This document shows positions 28,576 to 38,519 of a stretch of DNA of 64,000 nucleotides, in pieces. A model generated the notes under the pieces. It did no database searches. It saw only the letters and a list, made by a program, of their open reading frames with translations, and was not told the DNA's origin. The stretch's first letter is position 1, and each line of letters begins with the position of its first letter. This stretch comes from a virus (Duplodnaviria > Caudoviricetes), in IMG/VR virus record IMGVR_UViG_3300043104_000334; one strand, 5' to 3'. Made by a program: the position numbers and the translations under genes.

Positions 28576-29612
28576 TATTGAATCGCCTCCAAGTCTTCAA
28601 CAGACTCTTCTAATGAATCTACAGCTTCTCCAGTTGCTGCATCCAAAGAAGTATCTGTGTCATATGTTGATGTGTCAGTAGTGCTACTTGTAGTTCCACT
28701 CTCTCCTACTACATTACCGTCTTCGTCAGTATGTTCTGCAACCCAAGCGGACTGCGCGGCAAGCTGTCCAGACAGCTGTGTTCTGATTCCTGAAATGAAG
28801 CTTGACGCAACACTGCTGTTATTACTGTCAGAATATAAGAGAAGAACCTGATCGATATGGCTGCGGAATGTTTCATTAATACATCTTGTTACATCCGTAA
28901 TGTTAGGGTTGAACCGAACATAATCTTCCATATCACTCTGAATAGGATAAAATGCAATAGTATCACTATTACCCGGCTCAAGATACTTTGTAACATACGC
29001 AACAGTAGTGGAAGGGTACGTAGCCAAATCCTGCAGTAAGGACATGAGAATTACATTCTCTTCCTCTGATACAAACAATGTAATTGTTGTACTGTTATAT
29101 AGCCGCATAATCTTTTTATGGCTTAAAACAATAAGTTCTTCACCATCAGGCAACATATAACGAATATCAATATAGTCGCCTACAACAGTACTTACCGGCA
29201 TGGATTCAAGCGTAAGCTCGAATGGGAACTTTGCAGTACCATCTTCATCATCTTCATCCATAAGCATGTCGAGCGATAGAATTGTTCCCGGCTGGATATC
29301 GACCTTGTAACTTTTGCCAACAAGCTGCGTAATATCGGTTACAGATGAGTCAGCAAGAGTAGAAGCAGGAATTGACACTGCCACCAAATCACCCTCAAGA
29401 ATCTCATTTCCGGAGTAAACCTTTTTGGTTACCTCATACACATCAACCATCGCACCGATTGCGTTAAGCTGAGCCTGCACCTGAGCATTCTGTGCCGCAA
29501 GCTGCTCATTCGTTGAAATCTGATTTTTATTCTGCTTATAGAAGTATATTGTTCCGGTAGCACCGAGTCCAATAACCAAGATAAACAAAATGATAATAAT
29601 CACTTTTTTCAT
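28575..29612 (-). CDS. CpaB/RcpC-like SAF-domain pilus assembly protein
   Basis: TM plus coiled coil, SAF pattern (VYSGNEILEGDL..LVGKSYKVDIQPGTILSLDML), VGDYIDIR. Confidence 0.8.
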   Translation of the reverse strand: MKKVIIIILFILVIGLGATGTIYFYKQNKNQISTNEQLAAQNAQVQAQLNAIGAMVDVYEVTKKVYSGNEILEGDLVAVSIPASTLADSSVTDITQLVGKSYKVDIQPGTILSLDMLMDEDDEDGTAKFPFELTLESMPVSTVVGDYIDIRYMLPDGEELIVLSHKKIMRLYNSTTITLFVSEEENVILMSLLQDLATYPSTTVAYVTKYLEPGNSDTIAFYPIQSDMEDYVRFNPNITDVTRCINETFRSHIDQVLLLYSDSNNSSVASSFISGIRTQLSGQLAAQSAWVAEHTDEDGNVVGESGTTSSTTDTSTYDTDTSLDAATGEAVDSLEESVEDLEAIQ

Positions 29613-29688
29613 TGTTTGATTGAAACCTCTCTTTCTATTTGCTTGGCTTTATTTAACCTTGTTAGGTATTTCATAATGCATTAAAGCA

Positions 29689-29859
29689 TTACGTACGTAA
29701 TAATATAAAGAACATAAGAATTGCAACGACTATGTAAGACACTACTGTCTTATTTTTTATCTTATGCCCCTTTAATATAAATACAATCATAAAGCATAAG
29801 ACAGCTAACGGCATTGCACTTCCAATGTAGTGGAGTATCATCCATACAATATCTTTCAT
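29689..29859 (-). CDS. 56-aa two-TM membrane protein (below ORF-track cutoff)
   Basis: GGGAGG RBS; MKDIVWMILHYIGSAMPLAVLCFMIVFILKGHKIKNKTVVSYIVVAILMFFILLRT. Confidence 0.6.
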   Translation of the reverse strand: MKDIVWMILHYIGSAMPLAVLCFMIVFILKGHKIKNKTVVSYIVVAILMFFILLRT

Positions 29860-29874
29860 AGATAACCTCCCACA

Positions 29875-30462
29875 TTAAAGATACACAGTTCTTGTCTGGT
29901 CGTCCTCATTTTCGTCCTTTGAATGTTCATCTTTCCATTCATCAACAAGCATATCCATGTGTAACCAATCATGGAACTGTCCGTTATGAAAACCGTGACC
30001 ACGGTATCTTCCTGATATGGTAAAGCCACATTTTTCATAGCAATGCACAGCAGCTTTGTTTGTTTCGAGAACATCAAGATGAACACTGTGAACACCAAGC
30101 TCGTCAAAGCAGTATTTGCACATAAGCTCGATTACTTCTTTACCAAGACCAAGATGTCTGTAGACCGACTCACCTATGTTTATGGATAACCACGCAGCAA
30201 AATCTTTTGCTCTATGATCGATATGACAATACCCAATCATAGTGTCATTATCCTTAAACACGATACCCATACGCAGAACAGAATCATCATGTACCCAGCC
30301 AGGCATGCGTGTAATGTCAACTACCTTGTTGTTTTTCTCAAGGTTTACCACGGTAGCTTCTTCAGACATCCACTCAACATACTTCATAATGGCTTCATCA
30401 TCATCACGAAGAATTGAGAGATAAACCCTGTCACCGTTTATTCTACAAATATTCTTATCCAT
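29875..30462 (-). CDS. RimJ/RimL-type GNAT acetyltransferase
   Basis: IGESVYRHLGLGKE, LDVLETNKAAVHCYEKCGF; start refined to MDKN. Confidence 0.9.
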   Translation of the reverse strand: MDKNICRINGDRVYLSILRDDDEAIMKYVEWMSEEATVVNLEKNNKVVDITRMPGWVHDDSVLRMGIVFKDNDTMIGYCHIDHRAKDFAAWLSINIGESVYRHLGLGKEVIELMCKYCFDELGVHSVHLDVLETNKAAVHCYEKCGFTISGRYRGHGFHNGQFHDWLHMDMLVDEWKDEHSKDENEDDQTRTVYL

Positions 30463-30463
30463 G

Positions 30464-30982
30464 TTATTTCGCTCCCCATCTGAAGTATTCCTTACCACCG
30501 ATAATGACCTGCTTTGAATCTGTATATTTATGAAAATAAGGAATATCAGCTTCAGTAGGGATATCCGTGAATAAAGTGTAGTCTGAGTATCTACCTGCAA
30601 CCTCGTTTATGAGTTTGTATGTATTGCTCGACATATGACCATCAGCCGGGCCAACAGCACACATAAACAATACATTTCTCACTTCCCTGTCAATAACAGG
30701 TTTAAGGAATGCGATGATACAGTCAAAGTAATGATGATACTCAGCCGGATGCTCTTTCTCAAACTTTGCAAGGTCAACCATAACAAGATAATCATTTTTA
30801 AGCTTGTAACTGTGGCCCTGCTCAATTATGAGTCTAGTATCCTCAGTGAACGCTGATATATACATGCTAGCAGCATTTTCTGTGTTAAACATGCTTGTGT
30901 ATAATCTGCTAGTGCTGTAGTACTCAGCAATACTCTGCATCGCCTTACTAACATCTGACTCACTCATCTGTTTAATTCCCAT
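30464..30982 (-). CDS. Hypothetical protein
   Basis: 172-aa ORF coupled to neighbours. Confidence 0.7.
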   Translation of the reverse strand: MGIKQMSESDVSKAMQSIAEYYSTSRLYTSMFNTENAASMYISAFTEDTRLIIEQGHSYKLKNDYLVMVDLAKFEKEHPAEYHHYFDCIIAFLKPVIDREVRNVLFMCAVGPADGHMSSNTYKLINEVAGRYSDYTLFTDIPTEADIPYFHKYTDSKQVIIGGKEYFRWGAK

Positions 30983-31874
30983 TGTTAGCCCTCCTCACTA
31001 CTAGTACGATTATCTCATCCTCCGTACGATTATAAGTACACTGGTTGGAAAACCGTAACCTGTTACTGTATATCCAATCCAATGGAATTACAGTAGTCTT
31101 TACCTTTAATATACCCATTCCACCCTCTTCAATGCTATTAGCAATTGTATCAAGGTTATGCTCAAGAGTGTCACTGTTATCTATGACAAACTCTTTTACA
31201 TTATCAGGAATAGGCGTTCTCACTGGCACGAGCATTGTATCATACTCATACTTTGCTGGTGCTGTTGCCTTAAGTTCATACACAATCTTTACACCACTCG
31301 TCTTAAAGATAAATTTGTAAAGATAAGTATAAATGCACACAGCATCTGTAACGTCATCCTTACGACCTGACCACCTGTTATTTAGGTCATCAAACCAATC
31401 CTTAGAACCTTTATGGTGTGTTTGTTTACGGTACTCTTCCGGTAGGATATGAGACTTCCATTCCCAGTTATTTATTCGCTTTGGTCTAACACCAAATGAA
31501 TCCTCAAATAGGAATATGAAATTATCGAAGATAGCCGTTATCTTATAACGACTCTCATGATAGTTTAATCCTCCGGATTTACCATTCTTACTGGTTTCAC
31601 TTTTCTTTGTGATGATGTCTTCAATACCCACCATCAAAATCTCGGCACCCTGAAATAGGGAACGAAGCTGTTTACGTGCAACAGCACATAAGTCATACAC
31701 GTCTGTCTCTGAGCCTTTACCAGATATCTCATAATCATCTAAGACATTACCATTGACATCTCCGACCACTATAGCAGAATTTGACTTTGACGAATCGATT
31801 GCAATGAGAATCTTCTTCCCACCATAAGATGGCATATATTCGTCAACTTCATATCCATTCTTAAAAATATGCAT
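30972..31874 (-). CDS. RuvC-like Holliday junction resolvase with C-terminal extension
   Basis: ILIAIDSS, VGIED, WK..I and DDVTDAV give the RuvC catalytic pattern. Confidence 0.75.
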   Translation of the reverse strand: MHIFKNGYEVDEYMPSYGGKKILIAIDSSKSNSAIVVGDVNGNVLDDYEISGKGSETDVYDLCAVARKQLRSLFQGAEILMVGIEDIITKKSETSKNGKSGGLNYHESRYKITAIFDNFIFLFEDSFGVRPKRINNWEWKSHILPEEYRKQTHHKGSKDWFDDLNNRWSGRKDDVTDAVCIYTYLYKFIFKTSGVKIVYELKATAPAKYEYDTMLVPVRTPIPDNVKEFVIDNSDTLEHNLDTIANSIEEGGMGILKVKTTVIPLDWIYSNRLRFSNQCTYNRTEDEIIVLVVRRANNGN

Positions 31875-31895
31875 ATAGGCACCTCATACTTAATT

Positions 31896-32270
31896 TTATT
31901 TCTTTAATTCTGAACGAACTCTCATAAGGATGTCTCCTAGGAATTCATCAGTAATCTCAGAATTACCAGTACTCAAAAGCTTTTTAGCTATACATTCATT
32001 TTGCTTAAACTTTTCAAGAGTAAGCTCATAAAGTACATCTCGCTTAGTACTATCCCAATCTTTCCTTTCCGTGACATAGGCACCAAGCTCTCTAGCTTCC
32101 TTACCTGAGAGCTTTACAAACATTCCAGCCATGCCACTGTCACAACACCGCGCCGCCTGATACGCAGACTCAACACAGATAAATAAATTATTACCAACAC
32201 GAATATGCGCAATAGCATCATTACTCATGTAAGCATATTTACCTGTCAGGCTTGTTATTGAGTTTCTCAT
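31896..32270 (-). CDS. NADAR (YbiA-like) family protein
   Basis: MSN, VESAYQAA, RKDWD, EKFKQN..KLLSTGN, LGDILMRVR. Confidence 0.8.
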   Translation of the reverse strand: MRNSITSLTGKYAYMSNDAIAHIRVGNNLFICVESAYQAARCCDSGMAGMFVKLSGKEARELGAYVTERKDWDSTKRDVLYELTLEKFKQNECIAKKLLSTGNSEITDEFLGDILMRVRSELKK

Positions 32271-32317
32271 TCTTCCTGTTAGACATTACGGTCTAAGTTA
32301 ATCCTCCCTCGTAGTTA

Positions 32318-32485
32318 TTACCACCCAATAATTATTCGTGCTAAGCCGACGATGATAAGAAGTAGCCCGGTTATTGTTACTGTATTAACAATAACTTTTA
32401 ACCAATGGCTAGGTCTTATCTTATCGTCAAATAACTTAACACAAATACATATTATGAGAATGAGAACTATGCCAGATACTAACAT
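32318..32485 (-). CDS. 55-aa two-TM peptide encoded in a long rod-like hairpin
   Basis: GGAGGTGA RBS; MLVSGIVLILIICICVKLFDDKIRPSHWLKVIVNTVTITGLLLIIVGLARIIIGW. Confidence 0.6.
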   Translation of the reverse strand: MLVSGIVLILIICICVKLFDDKIRPSHWLKVIVNTVTITGLLLIIVGLARIIIGW

Positions 32486-32502
32486 AGACTCACCTCCATT
32501 TC

Positions 32503-33492
32503 TTATTTAATTTTTGTATCTGCTTTTTGCGCCGCACGAATCAAAGGATTATCTGAACCCTTAACCTTTGATTCTTCAACATTGACCTTGTGACTTTCTG
32601 CCAACTGTCTTGTAAGAAGCTGACCGCCAGCTTCCCAGATACCGAGTGGGTCGTCAGGTTTCTCACTGTATTCAATAACAGGTTCAGAAATATCGGTGTC
32701 ACCGAGAATATAATCTGTAAGGTTCTCTTTCTTTACCCATGGCGATACACATCGTAGCAGGTAAAGAAGCATTGGAGCAAGAGCCTTATAATTGTTAATT
32801 GCCCCATTATATGCAACATGGTTCCTGTTATATCCATAGTATGTATTATTACCATGAGTATCCTCTATACACAGGTATGCATACCGGCTATCCCTGTCTG
32901 TATCCAGATCAACACTCGGAAATTGTGTCTCAATACCCTGCATAAGTTTACGCACGAATTCACCATCAATTCTACCCAGTCGCGAAAGCTCATAAATCTT
33001 ATACGTATTTAACCGGTATTGATCAACAGCATCTTCACTGACTTTCCATAAGACCGGTATAGCGGAATTGTTTGGTCCACTGACAAATGGCACATAAAGC
33101 GTTGATAGTACCGTGAAACTTATATCCTTGACATCAATATAGTCTGACACGAACATACTGAATACCGTCATCCCATAACATTCATAGCCGTCAGGAGTTA
33201 GGTCGTGCTCATCAAAATCCTCTACGATATTACCATGCTCAAAGTAAAACACAAGAAGTGAAGAATCGGTCTTACTCTTTGCTAATACACAAACCGGTCC
33301 TCTAAACTTATCACTGTCATAGTATTTTACATTGCCACCCATGGTAAGTGCGCCATGCAGCTTCCCTACACCAAAAAGTTGTCTTATAACAACATTGGAA
33401 CCTTTGAACTTACCCCAGGCAAGTGTGTTATCCGGAGTAAAATGATTTACCTTTAAATCAGGTATTCCACGTAAAGCAATTTCCATATCCAT
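32503..33492 (-). CDS. Hypothetical protein, paralog of 33513-34673
   Basis: Shared VNH.TPD.T.AWG, LYVP...GP..S.IP.LW.VS, GYNRNHVAYNG and NPLIRAA.KAD.KIK. Confidence 0.8.
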   Translation of the reverse strand: MDMEIALRGIPDLKVNHFTPDNTLAWGKFKGSNVVIRQLFGVGKLHGALTMGGNVKYYDSDKFRGPVCVLAKSKTDSSLLVFYFEHGNIVEDFDEHDLTPDGYECYGMTVFSMFVSDYIDVKDISFTVLSTLYVPFVSGPNNSAIPVLWKVSEDAVDQYRLNTYKIYELSRLGRIDGEFVRKLMQGIETQFPSVDLDTDRDSRYAYLCIEDTHGNNTYYGYNRNHVAYNGAINNYKALAPMLLYLLRCVSPWVKKENLTDYILGDTDISEPVIEYSEKPDDPLGIWEAGGQLLTRQLAESHKVNVEESKVKGSDNPLIRAAQKADTKIK

Positions 33493-33512
33493 ATTCTTTT
33501 ACCTCCATGCTA

Positions 33513-34673
33513 TTATTTTATCTTCACATCTGCTTTCTCAGCCGCTCTAATTAATGGGTTAGCTGAACCCTTCCTGTAAAACTCTTCATACTTTGGTACA
33601 TCTGTTGATAACTTGATATTGTCAGTAAAGCCGAGCGGATTTAAAGGCTTCATGTTATCACCCGCATACCAGATAACAATCTGTGACGCACTGATCTTTC
33701 CACAAATGTAATCAAGTATATTTGTATCAACCAGCTTCTGACCGGCACCAGTAATCCCAGTAAGAATAATAGGCATGATTGCTTTGTAGTCCTCAACTGT
33801 TCCGTTATAAGCAACATGGTTCCGATTATACCCAAAGAATGTATACTCATTGACTTCACCAATTACTGATATCCAACTATACCGCTGTTCAGTGTCGAGG
33901 TCAACAGCCGGAAACTGTTTCTCAATAAATCCCATCAGCTCATGTACGTACTCATCTGTAATTCGCAGGTCATTTAGCATATCTGCAATCTTGCAGGTAT
34001 CAAGCTGGCAAGCACCGACGGCCGTTCTACTCACATTCCAAAGGATTGGAATAATTGAATCTCTCGGGCCCTTAGCGCACGGTACATAAAGGTCAACTGC
34101 TGTTTCAAGCATAGCCTGTAAATAAGTCTTAGTCGGAACATCAAAAGAGAACATACCGATATACTCATAACCGCTTGGTACAAGATTTGTATACTGGATT
34201 TCACTAACAATCCAATCCGGCTCAAATCCAAACGCCAGAATTGTAGCATCATCGATATTACGAACGATTACGTAGACCGGACCTGCATGCTGTGAAATGT
34301 ACTTGTTTACCGTGCCTGTTGTTTTATCCATAAAGTCTGGTACAGGGATGTCTGAAATCTTCTTGATAATAACCTTTGAGCCCTCGTACTGTCCCCATGC
34401 GATAGTATCATCCGGCGTATAATGGTTAACAACTAATCCCGGTATACCAAGTAAAACAACATCTAAATCCATATTTTTGTTTCCTCCTTTTAATTTGTTC
34501 CAATCCTTAATGGGAACCTTTTTCAAATCGTCGAGTATCATATCGCATACCTTGTCATCCTCGAACTCTTTAGGATTTTCAAAGAATGCGCTCCAGTATG
34601 TCCTTATATAGGACATATCAGCATCAGTGAGATACACCTTGAGAACATTTTGCAGTTCATCAATTTTGTTCAT
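33513..34673 (-). CDS. Hypothetical protein, paralog of 32503-33492, with internal start at 34472
   Basis: Same shared motifs; in-frame AAGGAGG-N9-ATG at 34472. Confidence 0.8.
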   Translation of the reverse strand: MNKIDELQNVLKVYLTDADMSYIRTYWSAFFENPKEFEDDKVCDMILDDLKKVPIKDWNKLKGGNKNMDLDVVLLGIPGLVVNHYTPDDTIAWGQYEGSKVIIKKISDIPVPDFMDKTTGTVNKYISQHAGPVYVIVRNIDDATILAFGFEPDWIVSEIQYTNLVPSGYEYIGMFSFDVPTKTYLQAMLETAVDLYVPCAKGPRDSIIPILWNVSRTAVGACQLDTCKIADMLNDLRITDEYVHELMGFIEKQFPAVDLDTEQRYSWISVIGEVNEYTFFGYNRNHVAYNGTVEDYKAIMPIILTGITGAGQKLVDTNILDYICGKISASQIVIWYAGDNMKPLNPLGFTDNIKLSTDVPKYEEFYRKGSANPLIRAAEKADVKIK

Positions 34674-34682
34674 TTAGCCCTC

Positions 34683-35534
34683 CTAAACATAGTACTCACT
34701 AACATTGATAAATTGTCCTTTAGCAATATTCCAGAGTACCTTATTCCCGCCAGCTTCTAAGAATATTTGATAGCTAGCTGCATCCGTAAATTTGTACATA
34801 CTTATTAACTGCAAGAGTTTTGCTTTTGGTACTACAAGAACACGCTTGTTTTCCTTACTGAAATCTTCAGCATTTAACATTGTTGGTAAGAGCTCCCTCC
34901 ACGGTCTTTGTACATGACCAGTAAGCAAAGCAATTGGCTGCATCTTCTGAATAGGTATAACTAATCCTTCAATGGTAAGATTACAACCGATGTTAAGTTC
35001 TTCCCTAAGCTCCCTACTACCACATCCAACAATAGGGTTCTTTGCAGACATATCACTTATATCAAGAGAACCGCTAGACGTACATGCAAATAATCCAGAA
35101 CCAACCGATACAGATGTATTTCGCTCTACGAGTAAATAATCAAAATTTACATCATGAAGTAAAGTACTTGTACCAATAATGTTAGGAAGCTCATTAACGG
35201 CGAGAACCTTTTCAAATGAATCAAGCTTACCATACTTCCTAAGGACTAAACTAAGTTTATCCCAAGCTAAAGAATCCCTGTTATGAAATCCTACAATATT
35301 ACAACATAGAAAGTCATAAAACATTACAGGCGATATCATGCAATATCCACCTATTAAGGAATCCATTCTAACGCAAGGCCCATTGAATAGGTTCGGCGTT
35401 TTATACTTACTGATAATTGCATTACGTTCAGCCTCAGTAAATATATCAACATAGGTATCTATTTGGGATATCCCAAACTGTTGCGGAATAGACTTGGATA
35501 CTAATACTCGGTTAGGTGGATACTCGTTTTGCAT
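34683..35534 (-). CDS. Nudix-fold hydrolase
   Basis: SGSLD.....GCGSRELREELNI Nudix-box-like motif. Confidence 0.7.
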   Translation of the reverse strand: MQNEYPPNRVLVSKSIPQQFGISQIDTYVDIFTEAERNAIISKYKTPNLFNGPCVRMDSLIGGYCMISPVMFYDFLCCNIVGFHNRDSLAWDKLSLVLRKYGKLDSFEKVLAVNELPNIIGTSTLLHDVNFDYLLVERNTSVSVGSGLFACTSSGSLDISDMSAKNPIVGCGSRELREELNIGCNLTIEGLVIPIQKMQPIALLTGHVQRPWRELLPTMLNAEDFSKENKRVLVVPKAKLLQLISMYKFTDAASYQIFLEAGGNKVLWNIAKGQFINVSEYYV

Positions 35535-36085
35535 GGTTGCCTCCTAGTTGTATTCTTAGGATGCGCTGATATCGTAGCACTGATTGAATACTCTTTGCTG
35601 GTATTATTTTGAAGTTTCTCAAGCTCCTCGATAGCATCCTGCCGATTGCTAATGTGCTCTGCTACAGACTGAACGGAATCAATGTAAGATACCCATGCAT
35701 TACCAAATTCATTCATCATGAATTCATTTACTGCATTCCATCCAGCAAGCTTCCGCAGTTTACCATAAACAAGCATAAAAATATCCTTACGACACGTAGC
35801 GTTGTTTATATACTCTGCGAAAGCACCATCAAGTGCTTTAAAGTCCTGCGCATAGAGTAAGTCACAATAAGCCCGAACATGGTCAGCGACATTGTATAGA
35901 CAAAACTCTCTATACGGTACGAGTTTATCTTTCTCAATACCATAATCCTTAAAGGGACTTTCGTCCGATTCTTTAAGGATGAACAACTCATCATTAAGGA
36001 AATCTTTCTTTGGTGTGTTCCATCTTCCACAAGACTCCCTTTCACACTCAACTCCAAAAGCTAACATACCTGTAAGGTACTGCAT
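35501..36085 (-). CDS. Hypothetical protein
   Basis: 194-aa ORF. Confidence 0.7.
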   Translation of the reverse strand: MQYLTGMLAFGVECERESCGRWNTPKKDFLNDELFILKESDESPFKDYGIEKDKLVPYREFCLYNVADHVRAYCDLLYAQDFKALDGAFAEYINNATCRKDIFMLVYGKLRKLAGWNAVNEFMMNEFGNAWVSYIDSVQSVAEHISNRQDAIEELEKLQNNTSKEYSISATISAHPKNTTRRQPCKTSIHLTEY

Positions 36086-36087
36086 AC

Positions 36088-37095
36088 TTAATCACTCCTT
36101 TTCATTTTAGATTTATTGATATACATTTCTTTATCAGCTTCCTCATACATCTCCTGATAGGTCTTCTTACCAGTAGTATTAGAAGCTTTACCAAATGCAA
36201 CTTTGATATCAATGTCCATAGCCATTATTGTTTCATCTGTGTTACATGCCACATAGAGTTCCTGCATAAGTTCATCAACGTTTTTCTGCTTTGTAACAAC
36301 TATAAACTCGTCACCACCTATACGTACTTCCCAAGTCTCATCATACATATCACAAATTCGTTTTAACTGTGCACCAACACGAATAAGGACAACATCACCT
36401 TGAGTGTGTCCAAGAGTATCATTAACACTCTTGAAATTATTAACATCACCAAGAATAATGCTAACATCTTTACTTTTGAAGAAATCAAGCTCAATAAGGT
36501 TGTTGAGAAACTTTCTATTCCAACATCTTGTCATTGTATCAATAAGAGTCTCTTCCTCAAGTTTATCAATCTTATTAAGACTCTGCAAAACAGGTACCTG
36601 CCCAAACCTTGAATAGATAGCTACAAGGAATGTACAAGCAATTGCAATTTCAGCCTCAGTCAATGAATAATCTTTCCTAAGGAATACATGGACAACACAA
36701 GCAATTATTGTGTTAAATAATGTTACAGACGTGATTAAAGTGAGCAACATTTGGTGTCCATACATTACTGCCAACATTAGCATAGGGTAGATGTACACGA
36801 ATGTTATACAATAGGGACTTGTGAGCATTGTATACAAATGAAATATCAAATATATGCTAAATGCAATATAAGCATATGCTATCTTTGTATCTAACATATA
36901 AGAATACAGAATGATATAAAGCACCATCATACCAGCTAAGACAGCAATGTATGTAACCACATAAGTAAGACTTCTATTCCCTTTTATATACTCAAAGTAA
37001 TATGCAATTACCAAGACAGTACTTATAACAAGAAATCCCATCAGTAATAACATATTACGTAATCTTACTGCTGGGATACTAAATAGCTTATTCAA
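36088..37095 (-). CDS. Membrane-anchored diguanylate cyclase (GGDEF)
   Basis: About 5-6 TM helices; DTMTRCWNR, DVNNFKSVNDTLGHTQGD, RIGGDEF. Confidence 0.92.
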   Translation of the reverse strand: MNKLFSIPAVRLRNMLLLMGFLVISTVLVIAYYFEYIKGNRSLTYVVTYIAVLAGMMVLYIILYSYMLDTKIAYAYIAFSIYLIFHLYTMLTSPYCITFVYIYPMLMLAVMYGHQMLLTLITSVTLFNTIIACVVHVFLRKDYSLTEAEIAIACTFLVAIYSRFGQVPVLQSLNKIDKLEEETLIDTMTRCWNRKFLNNLIELDFFKSKDVSIILGDVNNFKSVNDTLGHTQGDVVLIRVGAQLKRICDMYDETWEVRIGGDEFIVVTKQKNVDELMQELYVACNTDETIMAMDIDIKVAFGKASNTTGKKTYQEMYEEADKEMYINKSKMKRSD

Positions 37096-37997
37096 AAATC
37101 GACCTCCTTGAATTTAAACCCAACAATGCTGTCATCCTTTGCATAGAGGATACTCAACTTATAATAGTTGTCTGGGTTAATATAAAATATATACTTGTCT
37201 GATTTAATGTCATCAGTACTAGCATATACTAACTCACCCTTATCGTTTTTGTAATAAGCATAAGTTTTCTTTTCTTCTATATAATAAGCATCTGACTTAT
37301 TTTCGTCAGGTACCGCTCCCCTTAATACATACCCTATATTCTTACAGGTTTGACTTCCATGTCGTGATACAATTGCTTTTGTCTGTATAAGATAAGCAAG
37401 TTTATAATCACTCGTTTTATCAATAAATTTTGTCACCTGTTTACCAGTCATAATAGCACCATCAACAAGATTGAGACTATCACTATCAAATACCTTAGAT
37501 TTCCTAACTTGACTCTCAGCAAGAAGTTCATCTAATGTTGGTGTTGTTACGTCCGGTATACATGACTGTAGCTCAGATATTTTATCTCCAAATGTTATTG
37601 TATTTACAAGGTTATAGGTGTTTGTGTATACGAGATTTTCATAATCTACCCTAACATTTAATAATAACGTAAATAGACCGATTATTAAGGCGACAGCTAT
37701 AATAAGCTGTGTTATAAACCTATAACTGAAATACCTCTTATAGGTTACTTTAATTTTTGTATGTGCAATAATTATCAATGCAAAGATGTTAAGGAGCGGA
37801 ATAGCCATAAGGATATGAAGTACTACCATAGGCACACCACCCAAATCCTCATCGTCTAATGGCTCTAAAACAAGTCCGTCTTTCTTCTCGGCATCAATAT
37901 CTTTTTCTTCGTACAACTTACGACAATCAACACAGTAGTACATATCAGTTGATTCATCATATTCAAGGTCGTATCCACCACACCTTTTGCATCTCAT
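37092..37997 (-). CDS. Zinc-ribbon membrane protein with pilin-like C-terminal domain
   Basis: CKRC..CVDC, two TM helices, C-terminal similarity to 17081-17776. Confidence 0.65.
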   Translation of the reverse strand: MRCKRCGGYDLEYDESTDMYYCVDCRKLYEEKDIDAEKKDGLVLEPLDDEDLGGVPMVVLHILMAIPLLNIFALIIIAHTKIKVTYKRYFSYRFITQLIIAVALIIGLFTLLLNVRVDYENLVYTNTYNLVNTITFGDKISELQSCIPDVTTPTLDELLAESQVRKSKVFDSDSLNLVDGAIMTGKQVTKFIDKTSDYKLAYLIQTKAIVSRHGSQTCKNIGYVLRGAVPDENKSDAYYIEEKKTYAYYKNDKGELVYASTDDIKSDKYIFYINPDNYYKLSILYAKDDSIVGFKFKEVDF

Positions 37998-38007
37998 ACG
38001 TAGTCTC

Positions 38008-38496
38008 CTAGTACAGTAGACTTGTTTTACCTGTCCACTTATTTGTTAATGCCTCAACTGCATTTCGGTCAAATGGAGTTTTTGACATTTCGTAATCTAA
38101 TTCAATCCATCGTTCCGGACAATTAGCCAGTGCAACTGCACGTGTATAGACTATATTATCTTCAATGGTTTCTTGTGACACATCAGCGTCATCATTTGGT
38201 TTCTTTAATGTTTTCTTGTAGCTATCCCTAGGCACATTATACCTAATCATCAAATCACGCTCAGCTTCTTCTTCCGTAGAGAAGTGATACCACATTTTAT
38301 GCATTTTCACAACTCCACCATGAGCATGACATTTACCGAAACAAGACCATCTTCCTGTCGCTATATTATAGGAAAATGACGGCGTATTTTCACTATGAAA
38401 TGGACAACATTGTTTTGGCGAAACAACAAGGTCAACATCTTTATTTATATGCTCAGCATAATATTCTGGCACAGTAGGCAATCTTCCAGATACCAT
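38008..38496 (-). CDS. Stand-alone CHC2 zinc-finger (primase zinc-binding domain) protein
   Basis: CPFHSENTPSF......WSCFGKC. Confidence 0.85.
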   Translation of the reverse strand: MVSGRLPTVPEYYAEHINKDVDLVVSPKQCCPFHSENTPSFSYNIATGRWSCFGKCHAHGGVVKMHKMWYHFSTEEEAERDLMIRYNVPRDSYKKTLKKPNDDADVSQETIEDNIVYTRAVALANCPERWIELDYEMSKTPFDRNAVEALTNKWTGKTSLLY

Positions 38497-38519
38497 AATA
38501 GAGTCTCCATCGTATAATC

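Noticed and set aside
35501-36085. AbiEi-like antitoxin
   Set aside because: Only a vague resemblance and no nucleotidyltransferase partner nearby
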